Source: Fonticula alba ATCC 38817
Lineage: Eukaryota > Protista > Nucleariida
Reading direction: 5' to 3' (one strand)
Assembly: GCA_000388065.2 (NCBI GenBank)
Contig: KB932209.1
DNA: 64,000 nt
The translations under genes were made by a program, and so were the position numbers. The notes under the pieces were generated by a model. The model searched no databases and had not been told where the DNA came from. It saw only the letters and a program-made list of their open reading frames with translations. Of this stretch, positions 47,248-59,100 are shown piece after piece (within the stretch, counting starts at the first letter, position 1; each line of letters opens with the position of its first letter).

Positions 47248-48384
47248 TTTCGATCCATGCCATTTGCAGGTGCAATTTATACTTTCGCAGAATTTGTATT
47301 CCCCCCCCGAGGCATGGCTGTTCCATTGCAAGCCCCACGGGCCATGCTCCGGGCGGTGGACGAGAACGAAGAAAGTGTCCCGTCGCCGCTGGGTGGCCTC
47401 TCGAACCAGGATCGCCTCCTGGCCGCCACGCCGGCCCAGGGCCATTCCTCGCTGGGGATGTGCCCTGCCCGGTCGCCCGGTGGCAAGAGCCCGCGCACCG
47501 AGGACGGTCCTCTGTCGGTTTCGATGGTACCGAAGGGGATGGACCATGCCCCCCTTCGCTCTCGGTCCATGTGTCCTCGCCCCCGCCGGCCTGGCACGCT
47601 TCCGCGTGGCCTGAGGTCTCTCATGCGACCTCTCGGCCACCTACCGATCGGGGGAACGGGAATGCACATATATACATCTGTCGCACTGGGCTCCCCCCCC
47701 CCCCCCCCCCCCCCCTCCACTCCCTGGCTCAACCTTTGCAGCTCTTTCTGGCTTCGAGAGGGCATGGCTCCCCCCACGAGGGCTGCATGTATTTTGGGCG
47801 CCAGATCCGAAAGGGATGGCATGCCATCCTCGGGGACCCGGCCCAGGGAGCGGCTTTGGGTGTCCCCGGAGGCGCTGCATCTCGAGAGGGTGACTAGGCG
47901 CGGCAAAGGCAGCCACACAAGGACCAGGGAGGCTGGCGAGGGGTGTCGGGGCGGGCGAGTACATCGGGACCTACGTCGGGCCGCTCCGGAGGGGGGGCGA
48001 ATGACAGCGAGAGGGCCGCCGGAAGGTGCCGTCCCCCAAAGGGAGGCGGACTTCCCCTCACAGGGTTGCGATGCTGGGAGACGGCCGACACAGGAGGCCC
48101 TTTAATGATGGTGTCCAGGGCAGTGGTGAAAGGCGGGTGGGCAGGGAGGGCCCGAGGTAAAGGGCCAAGGCAACGAGACGGGGATGGGCGCCGACATGCG
48201 GGCCTGTTCCGGCCGGCGGATCGTCTGGGAAAAGGGCCATCCCCGAATCGGGATATCGCGCCGAGAGGCCTTCTGACCCCGGCGACAGTGAGGGAGGCGG
48301 GCGGCGCGAAGCCCTGGCAGATGGTGGGGGTGAGGATGAAGGTAAAGGGTGGTTTGAATACCAAAACTCGTGTGCAAACCCCAT

Positions 48385-48458
48385 GGCCGCGTAGCTCAAT
48401 TGGATAGAGCACCTGACTACGGATCAGGAGGTTGTGTGTTCGAGCCGCATCGTGGTCA
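48385..48458 (+). tRNA. tRNA-Arg-ACG: tRNA-Arg, anticodon ACG, intronless; Pol III T6 terminator at 48461..48466
   Basis: GGCCGCGTAGCTCAATTGGATAGAGCACCTGACTACGGATCAGGAGGTTGTGTGTTCGAGCCGCATCGTGGTCA forms a cloverleaf with anticodon stem CCTGA/TCAGG and a TTCGA T-loop. Confidence 0.95.
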
Positions 48459-50389
48459 ACTTTTTTGTGTGCAGAGGGGCGGCCGAGAGGAAAAGGGAGG
48501 CAGCAAGGGAATATAACAAGCCCGCGAAAGAGAGAGGAGAGGGGGCGAGGGGCTGCGCGCCGCGGGCCGCTTCTTTCTCTCTCCCGGGGGAGGGCGTTTG
48601 AGGCAATGTTGGGGGCATAAAATATATATTGTTCCCAATATATTAAAGGCTCTTTTGACAGTGGCAAATGATAGATCGTCGTGTCTCCGGCAGCAGAACA
48701 CCGCCATCAGAATGGTTCTCTCCCAGAGAGGCATCCCGGCCTGCCTGTGGCGTTTGCCGGGCCGGGCACGAAGAGCTGGGCCCGCTCCATGTTCTGGGGA
48801 CGCTTCTCTGTCCGGGCGCCTGGGAGCGGGCGGCGACGAAAATGCATGCGGCCCAGTGCCGGGGACATTGCCGGGGACATTGCCGGGGTGTGTTCCCTTT
48901 CCCGGGGCCCGGGAATCGAGAGGGAGCGCCGCCAGGAGGGCGGGGCGGCTGCCGGGGATAAAGACCCCAGGCGAGGACGGATCAGGCTGTGAGCCCGTGC
49001 GAAGGAGGGGGGTGTGTGACTGACGACCGGGTCCCAGGCGCGCCTTTCGCACAAGGCGGCATGGCCCCCGCCCGAGTATGCGGGCTAGTCAGCGGCCAAA
49101 GCACCTTGACTGTGGGCCGAGCCTGCGTGCGCGAGGGGCGCCCAAAGGGCCAGCCGGAAGGCCCAGCAAGCGGGTGTTGTCCGTGGGACCTGGGGCGCGG
49201 GCATGCACAAGACGCCTGGTCCCGGGTGGGCCCCTGACGCGGAGTCGCAGGCGGGGCAACCCGGTCGCGGGCCCGAAGCGTGGTTGGAAATGCGGAGAGG
49301 GGGCCGCGGCGGGATCGCAGCTTCCGGCCCATGCACCAGCTGTGCCGTGATCCGGGGCAAGTCTCCCGGGCGTCTGGCCGACCATGTCATCTCAGGGGAC
49401 CCTGTCGCTGGCCGAGGCGAGGGGCGATCGGCCGGCCCGGTGAGGCTTCCACTGACGGATATGACGCCCCGGTGGGAGAAGGCACTGTCAGCCGGGCCCC
49501 TTTTCCCGGAGTGCGTGTTGGATCTCAAGTGGCCTCTGTGGCCCACAGTGATGGCCTTGCTGTGCGCCCGGCAGCATGGGCTCTCGGCTGGAAAGATGAA
49601 GTGAAAAGCACGCCCACGCCCACCCATGCGCATAGGCCGGCGTAGACGCATTCACCTCCCGGGCTTGCCCGGCATCGTGTCAGGCCGGACTTCGGCCCGA
49701 GCTTCGGGGACTCTGGGACGGCCGCCGGGGCTGCCCATAACCGCCATGACGGCCGGCCGAACATCCTTAGATCCGTGTTCTCCGGGAGATCGTGCAGACG
49801 CACACGGAGGCACGACCTGCCCGACGGGTATGTCTTTGCCCGGGTCTGTGTCAAGGTCACACATGGGCCCGAGGGGCCTTACCATGTGGGCAGCCCCAGA
49901 TCTCGGGAGACGCAGGACGCGGGGGGGGGGGGGGCTGTCGCGCCCGGTCGCCCTCATGGGGCTCGGCGGTCTTGGAGCAGGCTCCTCGCGAGCCGTCCAT
50001 CCTGCCCGGTGACTGGGCTGCCGGCAGGCCCTCCCACGGCCGGTGTCCCGCCCTCCTGCTTTGCTGCCATATGGTGGCTGGCTAACGCGTTGCGGCAATA
50101 TTAATTGTGTATTCGACGACGGGCTCATTCATGGCCACACAAAGGTACCTACTGGCCGGGGGACCGGGTGGCGCCCCGGCCGGCGGCAGCCCATCCCTCG
50201 CGGAAGGGAGGCCGCGGGCGGCGGGAAGCTGCGGTAGGGGGGCGCTCGCAGGACACATTTCCTTCGCCGGCCGGTCCTCCCCCCCCCCCCCCCCCCCTGT
50301 ATGCATCCCGACCGGAATCGACATTGAGGCGCGGCCACTTGCCCAGCCTCGATGCCCGGGCAGGAGCATTTCGCCGGGGGGGGGCCTGC

Positions 50390-52633
50390 TCATTCCGCCT
50401 CGCAGGAGAGGCCATCCGAGCTGAGGGCGTAGCCCGCGGCACAGGACACGCAGTGGAGCGCACGCTCGGCCGGGTCGTGCGGGCTCTTGACAAAGCAGCT
50501 GAGGCAGTGCTCCGGGCAGGGCACGGCGAAGCGATCCTTCTGCGTCTGGTAGAAGAGCCCCCAGCCGGGCCGGGTAAGGGCGTCGGCGGTGCACCGGGCG
50601 GTCGGGACCACGTCGAAGGACTCGGCCGGGAGCTCCTTGACGCGAGGCACATTGTTGGGGCTGGCGGTGCACTGGAGGCAGCCGACGCCGAGGCCATTGG
50701 CGCAGGTGCCGCAGCCGCCGCCGCAAGGGAGGCACTGCTTGGAGTGCTTGTAGTAGCCCTCCGGGCAGGTGGTGAAGCACTCGCTGTCGCCAAAGAGCGC
50801 GTGGCCGAACTTGCAGGCAGTGCAATTGGTGGCGGTGGTGCATGTGGCGCAGCCCGAGTCGAGGCAGGGCTGGCACCGGCCGCCCGACAGGAAGTACCCC
50901 TCCGGGCACTCGGCGGCGCAGAATTGGCGAGCCCCCTTTTCGCGCGGTACCACCAAGTACATGCCGGGATGGCAGTGGGTGCAGTTGTTGGTGTACAGGT
51001 CGCAGGCCCGGCAGTTGGGGTTGCATGGGCGGCAGCCCTGCTGCGAGCCGGGCAAATCAAAGTCCCAAACGGAACCGCTCCCACAGGGGGTGTAGCACTC
51101 GTCGGCGCCCATGATGTAGGAGGGGTAGCAGGCGTAGCAGTAGAACTTGCTGGTGCACAGGGCACAGCCACTGTCGCAGGTGGGGCAGAAGCCCTTCCGG
51201 CCGAAGTGACCGCCGGGGCAGATCCCGCGGCAGACATTCTCATGGAGGTAGTCCCCGGACCAGCAGGTGAGACACAGCCCCGGGTCCTCGGAGGCACAGT
51301 GGGTGCAGTCCTGGACGGTGCATTTGGCACAGCTGCCAGTGAGCGAGTCTTTGGCGGTGCCGGCCGGGCAGGCATGGCCGCAAGACCCATCCGGGTGGGC
51401 GAAGAAGCCCCGCAGGCAGGAGAGGCACTTGGTGGGATCGGTCGGGTCGCATTGGCGGCAATTGGCCGGGCAGGCGAGGCAGACCCCGGTGCCGTTGTCG
51501 ACGGTGGTGGCCGGGCATTGGCGCTCGGCGTCCGGATCGCCATTGGCCCCGTAGCCGCGGATGCACGCGCCCACATGGACCGCCGGGCCGTGGGAGAAGG
51601 TCTTGGAGCTGTGGGCCAGGAGGAAGCGTCCGGCCGGGCAGCTGGTGCAGTCCTTGGGCCCGGGGCCGGCGCACTGGTCACACGCGTCGTGGCATTGGAA
51701 GCACACGCCGGGCCGGCTGCACTTGAGCAGGTGCGCGTGCTCCGGCCGGCCGGCGGTGTCGCTGGTGGAGGGGTCGGCATTGGCCATGGGCCAGTCGGCG
51801 CAGTGGAAGCCCTCCGGCACCAGGCGCTTGGGGATGCAGTGCGCGCCGCAGGCGATGTGGTCGGCCGCCGGGCAGGTGCCGACGCAGCGGCGGTTGGCAT
51901 CGAGCCAATGGCCCGGCTCGCACTGGGCGCAATCCTCATTCAGGTGGGGGTGGGCCAGGACCTGGCAGCCGGGCACCGGCTGGGGCTCGGCCCGGCAGAG
52001 GCCCTCGCCGGCGGCCTGGAACCGACACACGGCGCACTGCTGGTGATTGCCGGGGACCACATTCCAACAATGGTCCGGGCCGATTTGCACGAGGCTGGCG
52101 CCGGACACGGCCAGGTCCGGGAGCTCGTTGTCCAGGTAGGCATACCCGTCGACCAGGCGGTAGGCGCTGCTGTATTGCAGGCAGGTGACGTCGCCATCCT
52201 CGTACTTGGCGCGGATGCACCGGCGCAATTGCGGCACACAGTAGTCCGGGAGCTGGGACNNNNNNNNNNNNNNNNNNNNNNNNNNNNNNNNNNNNNNNNN
52301 NNNNNNNNNNNNNNNNNNNNNNNNNNNNNNNNNNNNNNNNNNNNNNNNNNNNNNNNNNNNNNNNNNNNNNNNNNNNNNNNNNNNNNNNNNNNNNNNNNNN
52401 NNNNNNNNNNNNNNNNNNNNNNNNNNNNNNNNNNNNNNNNNNNNNNNNNNNNNNNNNNNNNNNNNNNNNNNNNNNNNNNNNNNNNNNNNNNNNNNNNNNN
52501 NNNNNNNNNNNNNNNNNNNNNNNNNNNNNNNNNNNNNNNNNNNNNNNNNNNNNNNNNNNNNNNNNNNNNNNNNNNNNNNNNNNNNNNNNNNNNNNNNNNN
52601 NNNNNNNNNNNNNNNGAAAGAGCGCCGGGGGCA

Positions 52634-52664
<31 letters not shown>

Positions 52665-52890
52665 GCCCATAAGGAGGGTCCCTCTGGCCGAGGCTCGGCG
52701 CGGGGCGTGACGCGTGCGCGGCCGGCCGTCGGCGGGTGGGCACCCCGGGGGCCGGCAACGTACCGGGACCATTGCAGTGGACGCTGGGGATGCGCTGCTC
52801 GGCGCGGGCAAGGGCCAGGGCGGTGGCCAGGAAAAGCAGGAGGGCCGTGCGAGCACGCCATCCTGCGTGACCAGGAGCCCGGGGGAACAT
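50390..52890 (-). CDS. Secreted furin-like Cys-rich repeat protein with no TM or kinase; exon 1 52890..52764, then an intron running into gap 52260..52615, last exon <52259..50390
   Basis: Signal peptide MFPRAPGHAGWRARTALLLFLATALALARA and donor GTACGT at 52763. After the gap about 620 codons of CxxCxxxCxxC modules (e.g. CFQCHDACDQCAGPGPKDCTSCPAGRF) end CEAE-stop with no hydrophobic tail. Confidence 0.8.
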
Positions 52891-53095
52891 CGGTGCGCTG
52901 CTTGGTCTGGCGCCTGCTGCACGCGGTGTCGATGTGTCTCGGGGGCGTGGGGTGGATGGGGGTGTGCGGGTGGACTGGAAGGGGTGTTTCGTGGATGGGG
53001 GCCTTCTCGTCGACGGAGCTAGGACCGGGGAGGCAGACTGGAGGTCGAGAAGGGTGACGCAACTGCTTGGCACAGGATCGCTAGCACCGGCGGTC

Positions 53096-53103
53096 CTTTT
53101 ATA
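53096..53103 (-). promoter_or_regulatory. Candidate TATA box (TATAAAAG) for the secreted Cys-rich gene
   Basis: A canonical TATAAAAG on the minus strand, ~210 nt upstream of the ATG at 52890, in otherwise very GC-rich DNA. Confidence 0.5.
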
Positions 53104-56100
53104 CCCTCCCCGCGCCGGGATCCCTCCCTGGCTGGGGGTCGAGCAATAACGATATCTCCCAAAGGCAGTTCGAGGGGCCGCTTCCTCGGAGTGCAAGTCC
53201 CTGCGATGCCAATGACATCCACACCGGCAGCCGGAGTGGTGGGCCGGCCCGGCGCGTGGCCCGGCCCGATTGCAGCCCTGCCCGATGGGGGACCGGGGAC
53301 CGGAGTCCTGCCCGTGCCGGTCATCCCCGCGAGTCGGGGGCGTCCCCGGGTGCCCCGGAGGGCGCGAGGCAGCCCGGATCCCGGGCCCCGAGCCAAGGGC
53401 CCATCGGCCGGGGCCATCCGGGACGGCTGGTCGGCCCAGCGCCGCCCGGCCGGGTCCATGTGTCCGGGGGAGGCCCCGACACCGAGGGGTCCGGATCTAA
53501 TTGGCACACCCGGCGGCCCTGGGTGCGATGGTTGTTGGTGGACCGGGTGTGATTGGGATCGAGGGGGGATATTAAGTCCAGGCTCGAGCCCGGCAGTCGC
53601 CCTCCGGCTGCCGGGCCTCGGGGAGCACCCTGCCCACCGGGGCCGGGCTGCCGCGTGCCTCGGCCCCGGTGCCGCCGGCAGGACGCCCGCCCGGTGGCGT
53701 GGGCTTCCCTCGCCCATTCGCCTCCGGACTGGCGAGGGGGCAGGCCCGTTCCGCGCATGCCCCCCTCTCCCCCCCCCTCTCTCCCCCCCCCCCCCTCCCT
53801 CTCTCTCTCTCTCTCTCTCGCTTTCTCTCCTTCNNNNNNNNNNNNNNNNNNNNNNNNNNNNNNNNNNNNNNATGAGCACAGCGCTGTCCTCACGGATCTA
53901 TCACCCCCCCCCCGGCATCGCACGCGGCGTGAGCCGGGTGGCCCCGAGGAGCATGGAGACAGGGGCGCGTCACCAGGCGCGAGCCGGGTCTTTCGCCAGG
54001 CGGACCCAAGTGAGCACGCCCTCCGCGCCCCCGGACGGGAAGGGCTATTGGCCCCCTGATCCGGCCTCCTGGTGGCCCCCTCCTTGGGCTCCCGCGGCAC
54101 GGTCTCCGAGGGGGGAGGAGGCGTTGCGCATACCCCACGATCGCACCCCTGGATGTGGGTGCCCGCCCCAAGGCACAGGAATCACGGCCAGCCAACCGGG
54201 TGCAACATACACACACACACATACATACACACACACATACGCATGCAGGGCCCAGGAGCAACCGGCCGACAGAAAATGCGCTCGCGTGGCCGGCCCGGGC
54301 CCGGCGTCCTTAGTTTGGTCCTCCCTCGGAGGAGGGCAGACACTCACTCGGGACGCGCTGCCAGAGCGCGCGTGCCACAGGTGACAGTCGGCCCGGGGGC
54401 CTCCGGCCTCCGGCCCCGGGCGGGGGGGGGGGGGGGGGGCAGCCCGGCACGGGGGTCGTGGGGGAGGACATATTAGCCGGCGTTCTTCACCATCAGANNN
54501 NNNNNNNCGTGGGGGAGGACATATTAGCCGGCGTTCTTCACCATCAGATCGACATAGCCCAAATGCTGGCAGCTGTGGGGTTGATGCGCCATCTGCCAGC
54601 GGGGTGTCAGGCTCACGGGCACGCGCCGGCCTGGCCGCGATGCTTTAATTGCGTGTCATACGAGCCCCCTTCTCGCAGGCGGGCGTGTGGTGCGGCCCGG
54701 TCTCCCCCGTTGGTCCTCTCTCTGTCTTGGCCTCTCGCTGCTGCTTCTTCTTTTTTTTTTTTTTCCGCCCCCGGTGCTTGAGCCCGCCGGCGCCGTGCCC
54801 TTGGGCATGTATATGTCTGCCAAGCTTGACAGGGATATGCTGCCCGGTGGCCGGGCCCTCGGCACCCGGGATGTGTATCGAGTGGGTGTCGTGTCTCTGT
54901 GAACCGGGGGCGCTTGGCGATGCACGCCTCTGGGCCGGGAGCCCCGGCCGGGCGCCTGGCCGAGGAGCGGGCACGTCGGACGAAGCCGCGTTCCCCTCTA
55001 TTCCAGAGTGCTGTCTTTTTATTTTAGATTGGACAACGCGCCCTCCCCGCCGGGGTGTGGGCTCCGAAGCTGCGCCCGGTGGTCATGCCTTTCCCGGACT
55101 GCCTCAGTCATGGGGCTCATGGCCGGGTGGGGCTCGCATCGCTGCATACCGTGACGGCCCAAGCGCCCCGGTGCCCCGGGCTGCCAAGCGTTCTTGGCCT
55201 CTGCGGCGGCATCCACGGCAGCGGTGCTGGGAGGCCCATACGCGCAAGGCACAGGGGCTCGTGCGCAGGTGTCGGGCCCGAGCGGGGGGGGGGGGGGCGT
55301 CCATTTTGGGGGGCCCGAGAGCCGGCCCGGAGGCCGGCAGCAGAGCACCCCTCCCCCCGACACACGGGGCGTGCCTCTCCTGAAGCACGTGGGTGGCCGC
55401 GCGTGCCGGCGGGTAGTTGGTCCGGCGAGGAAACCCCTTCGGCTATGGCGGGGATCGAGCGGGACACCGGCCCGGCCGCTCCGGCCCCTCGGTCTGGAGC
55501 GAGTGCCTGTGCTTGCTTCCGGACACCGGAGACACGAATCTCCGCCTTCGAAGAGGGCCACACGGGCGCCATGTCACGGAGGCGAGCTCGGGGCCCGGCA
55601 GCACCTCCGGCCGCATGCCCGGAGCAGGGCACTCGCCAAAGGGGAACAGTGCAGGGGGCGACCGCCGCTCCGGGAGACACCGCCTCCACACGGGGGGCGG
55701 ACGGGACACCAGGCGGAATGCATGCCCGGGGGCGCCATGTGCCCAAACACAGGAGGCGTCTCCGCCGGGTGCGGCACACTCATCCCGGGGGCAGACGGGC
55801 AGCAGAGACACCCGGCAAAGGGGACCCAGTGGGAGGGCGGGCGGGGGCTGACGTTCGGGGGCCCGGGGTGCCGGCCGGCCGGCCGGCCGGCCGCGGCTCC
55901 CTCCCGCCTTGGCGGGCCGGCTGTTGTCGGGCCCCGGTAGCCCCGCGCCCGAAGCCGCGCCCCATGATGTGGCATGTTTGGGCGCGGGGATATTTGTGCG
56001 TTGGGAGTGCCGGGGTCCGTGGGAACGCAAAGCCGGAGGGGCTAGGCCTTTGGCCGGAGTGCCCTCGGGGGGGTGGGGGGGGGGGCCTATTTGCCGGGCC

Positions 56101-56196
56101 GGCCCGGGGCCGGAGACGGGGCCGGCGCGGATGCATGCCTTGATTTTCCCCTCGCCCCTGCACATCCCGCGATCCCACTCCGCCCCCACAACTACC

Positions 56197-59100
56197 ATGG
56201 ATTGCCGCAGCACGGCCCCCCAATCGATGGCCGTGTCTCTCCGGGCCCCGCGAGCCCTCCGCCTGGCGGGGCGGGAGCTGCGCCTGCTGCCGGGTCCCGA
56301 TCGCCCCGACGAGCAGGGCTGGCCGGCGCAGTTGCTCCTGGCTCCGGGGGATTTCGCCGAACTGGCGGCCGGGTCCGAAGAGCCGGTCTTCGTGGCAGCC
56401 GGGAGCCACACCCTTTGGGCTCGGTATGGGCCACTGTGCCGGGGAGCGGTTTGGGGGGCTGGGTTTCCTCATCACCGCTCCGCTCTCTCTCTCTCTCTGT
56501 CTCCTTCCCTTTTTTGGGGTGGCCATCTAACACATTTGCTGCCGGACACAGGCCGGATTCCCTGGTGTCAGACGGCTGCCTTTTGGTTGGTCTGGCAGCC
56601 GAGTCTATTGATGTCCCGGCGACGGGCGGCGCGCCGGAGGCAAGACGCCTCGAGCCGGGCGACGTGCAGGTTGTCTACCTGGCCGTGTCGGCCGCTCGGC
56701 CGGTGGAGCTGCCCTACACGCTGCTGGTGGATGCGCTCCGGGAGCGGCCCCTGCCCGGGCGCTTGCACGTGGACCAGGTGCGCGATGGGGTCGGCACGAC
56801 GCTCTTCCGATCTGAGCCGGGCGACGTGCAGGTTGTCTACCTGGCCGTGTCGGCCGCTCGGCCGGTGGAGCTGCCCTACACGCTGCTGGTGGATGCGCTC
56901 CGGGAGCGGCCCCTGCCCGGGCGCTTGCACGTGGACCAGGTGCGCGATGGGGTCGGCCCCGGAACGTGACGTCGAGAAGGGCCGGGCAATGCAAGTGGTC
57001 TCTGACAGGCATGGGCAAGATCCTCGGCCTTGCGGTCGATGGAGTGGAGCTGGAGCTGCGTGTGGCCGAGCTTCAGGCGGAAAGCGGCACGCGCGTTGCC
57101 TTTGGGCTGGTCAGTGCATCGACCCGGGTGCTGGCCACCGCCGGGCCGGGGGTGGAGCTGCCCGGGGCGCCGGTAGATCGGAAGAGCACACGTGTCTCTG
57201 ACAGGCATGGGCAAGATCCTCGGCCTTGCGGTCGATGGAGTGGAGCTGGAGCTGCGTGTGGCCGAGCTTCAGGCGGAAAGCGGCACGCGCGTTGCCTTTG
57301 GGCTGGTCAGTGCATCGACCCGGGTGCTGGCCACCGCCGGGCCGGGGGTGGAGCTGCCCGGGGCGCCGGTGGTGGTGGCCCTCGCCGGGCCGGGCCGGGC
57401 CCCGGGGCAGCACTTTGTCCTGAGTGCCATGCACTTGTCGCCGGGCGAGCTGGACGTGCTTTTTGCCCCGGCCGGCGGGGCGTTGGCGCGAGCCCTCGGC
57501 ACCCGGCCTCCCGGCGGCCGGGCGTACGCCCGGTGTGGCCGGCGGGTGTTTGAGATTCGGTAGCGTCGTCTGTTGGATGTGTCCCGGTGCGGGGTGGCAT
57601 GCCTGTGGCTGACCGTACATCCGCCCCATGCGCGCCTGTGTATCCCCCCCGGGGGCCTCCCAAGCGTGTGCCCTCGCCCGGCGGTGGTCGGGGTCGATGT
57701 CCGGGCCAGCGAGAAGTTGCTGCGGTCGCTGGGGCCGCGATTGGACGGGCGCCCGGTGCCATTGGCCCTGTGTGACCCGCCGCCGGGGGTGGCGGTGGCC
57801 TGGCTCGAGACCGCCATGGACATCGCCCGGGTGGACCGGGCCCATGCGATCGCCCAATTGACCGGGGCCCCGCTGCGTGTGGGAGAGGTGCGTTCTGGGC
57901 GGGGGCGGGGGGGGGTCCCTCGCCGGGCGAGGGTGAGAGCGCGGCGCACGTGGCCATGGGGGGCTTTTTTTCCCGGCTAACATGCCCAGCAGGCGGTGCA
58001 TTTGACGAGTCCGCCCTTGGCGGCGCGCGTGGTCGGGCTCATGGATCGCGGGTTCACCATGCTCTCCAGCGGGCAAGCCGGGGTCTTCGACGCGAGCACG
58101 GTGCTGGCGGTGGAGTCGGCTCGCGGCAGGGCCGCCGGCCATCCCCACCGACTGGCGGTGGTGTCGGTCGGGCCGAGCATGGTCCTGCTGGACCTGGTGC
58201 CGGCGAGCTGGCTCGAGCACCGGGGGACGCTGCTGCTGTCGGAGGCGGCGCTGGCCCGACTGACGGGGGCTTCGGATGGGCAGGCCGTGCGGCTTGCAAG
58301 CCAGGGGGCCCTTTTCGATGTGCAGTGCGTGGAGCCCGTTCGCCATTGCCGCGCCGCATGCCTCCTTCTTCTGACCGCGAGTCGGGGTGCAGGGCCGGCG
58401 GCCGGATCGGCGCCTATGAGCTGGGCATGCACCCGGGGGACCTGGAGGCGCTGGCCGTGGGCCTGAGGCCTGTGGTCTTCTCCCGGGCCCCGGTGGTGCC
58501 GGTGGCCGAGAGTGTCGAGGTGTCCTTCGGTCCGGGCCCGGGGGGCCGGGCTCTGCCGTCGGTCGATCAGCTAACGCGGGACTTCCTGGCCGCACATGGC
58601 CGGGCCACCATGCGCGTGGATCGGGTGCGTCCTGTGGCCAGGGTGCGCCGGGAGGGCTGGGATGTTGGCAGCTGGATTGACTCGGTGTGCCGGGTGTAGG
58701 GTCTTGCCTTCCGGTCGCGGGAGGGCCCGGTGGTGGCCACGGTGCGGGCCGTTGCCTGGCCCGGGTCGGCGGGTGTCCATCGGCCGCTGGGCCTGCTGGG
58801 CGAGGGGACGAGCCTGCGCGTGGGCTGCCGGTCGCCGGGGCCCGATGGTCCCGCCGGCCCGGGGGCGGGCCGCCACGGCTGGGAGCCGTGGTTTTTGGTC
58901 GACTTCCCGTCAACCGCCGTGGGCGTGGGCCCGGGCGATGCGCCGATGTGCCTGGAGGTCCGGGCCACTTGTGGGCGCCCGGCTGGGAGTGCCGGCATCT
59001 GCCCGGCGACCTTCGGGCGGATGTGCGACCGGCTGCCGGGGAGCCGGGAGCTTTTCCTCCACTGGCATGGCCGGTTGCTGGTTTTGATGTGCGTCCATGG

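Noticed and set aside
54457-54548. 41-bp direct repeat
   Set aside because: The copies flank a 10-N gap; scaffold overlap artefact.
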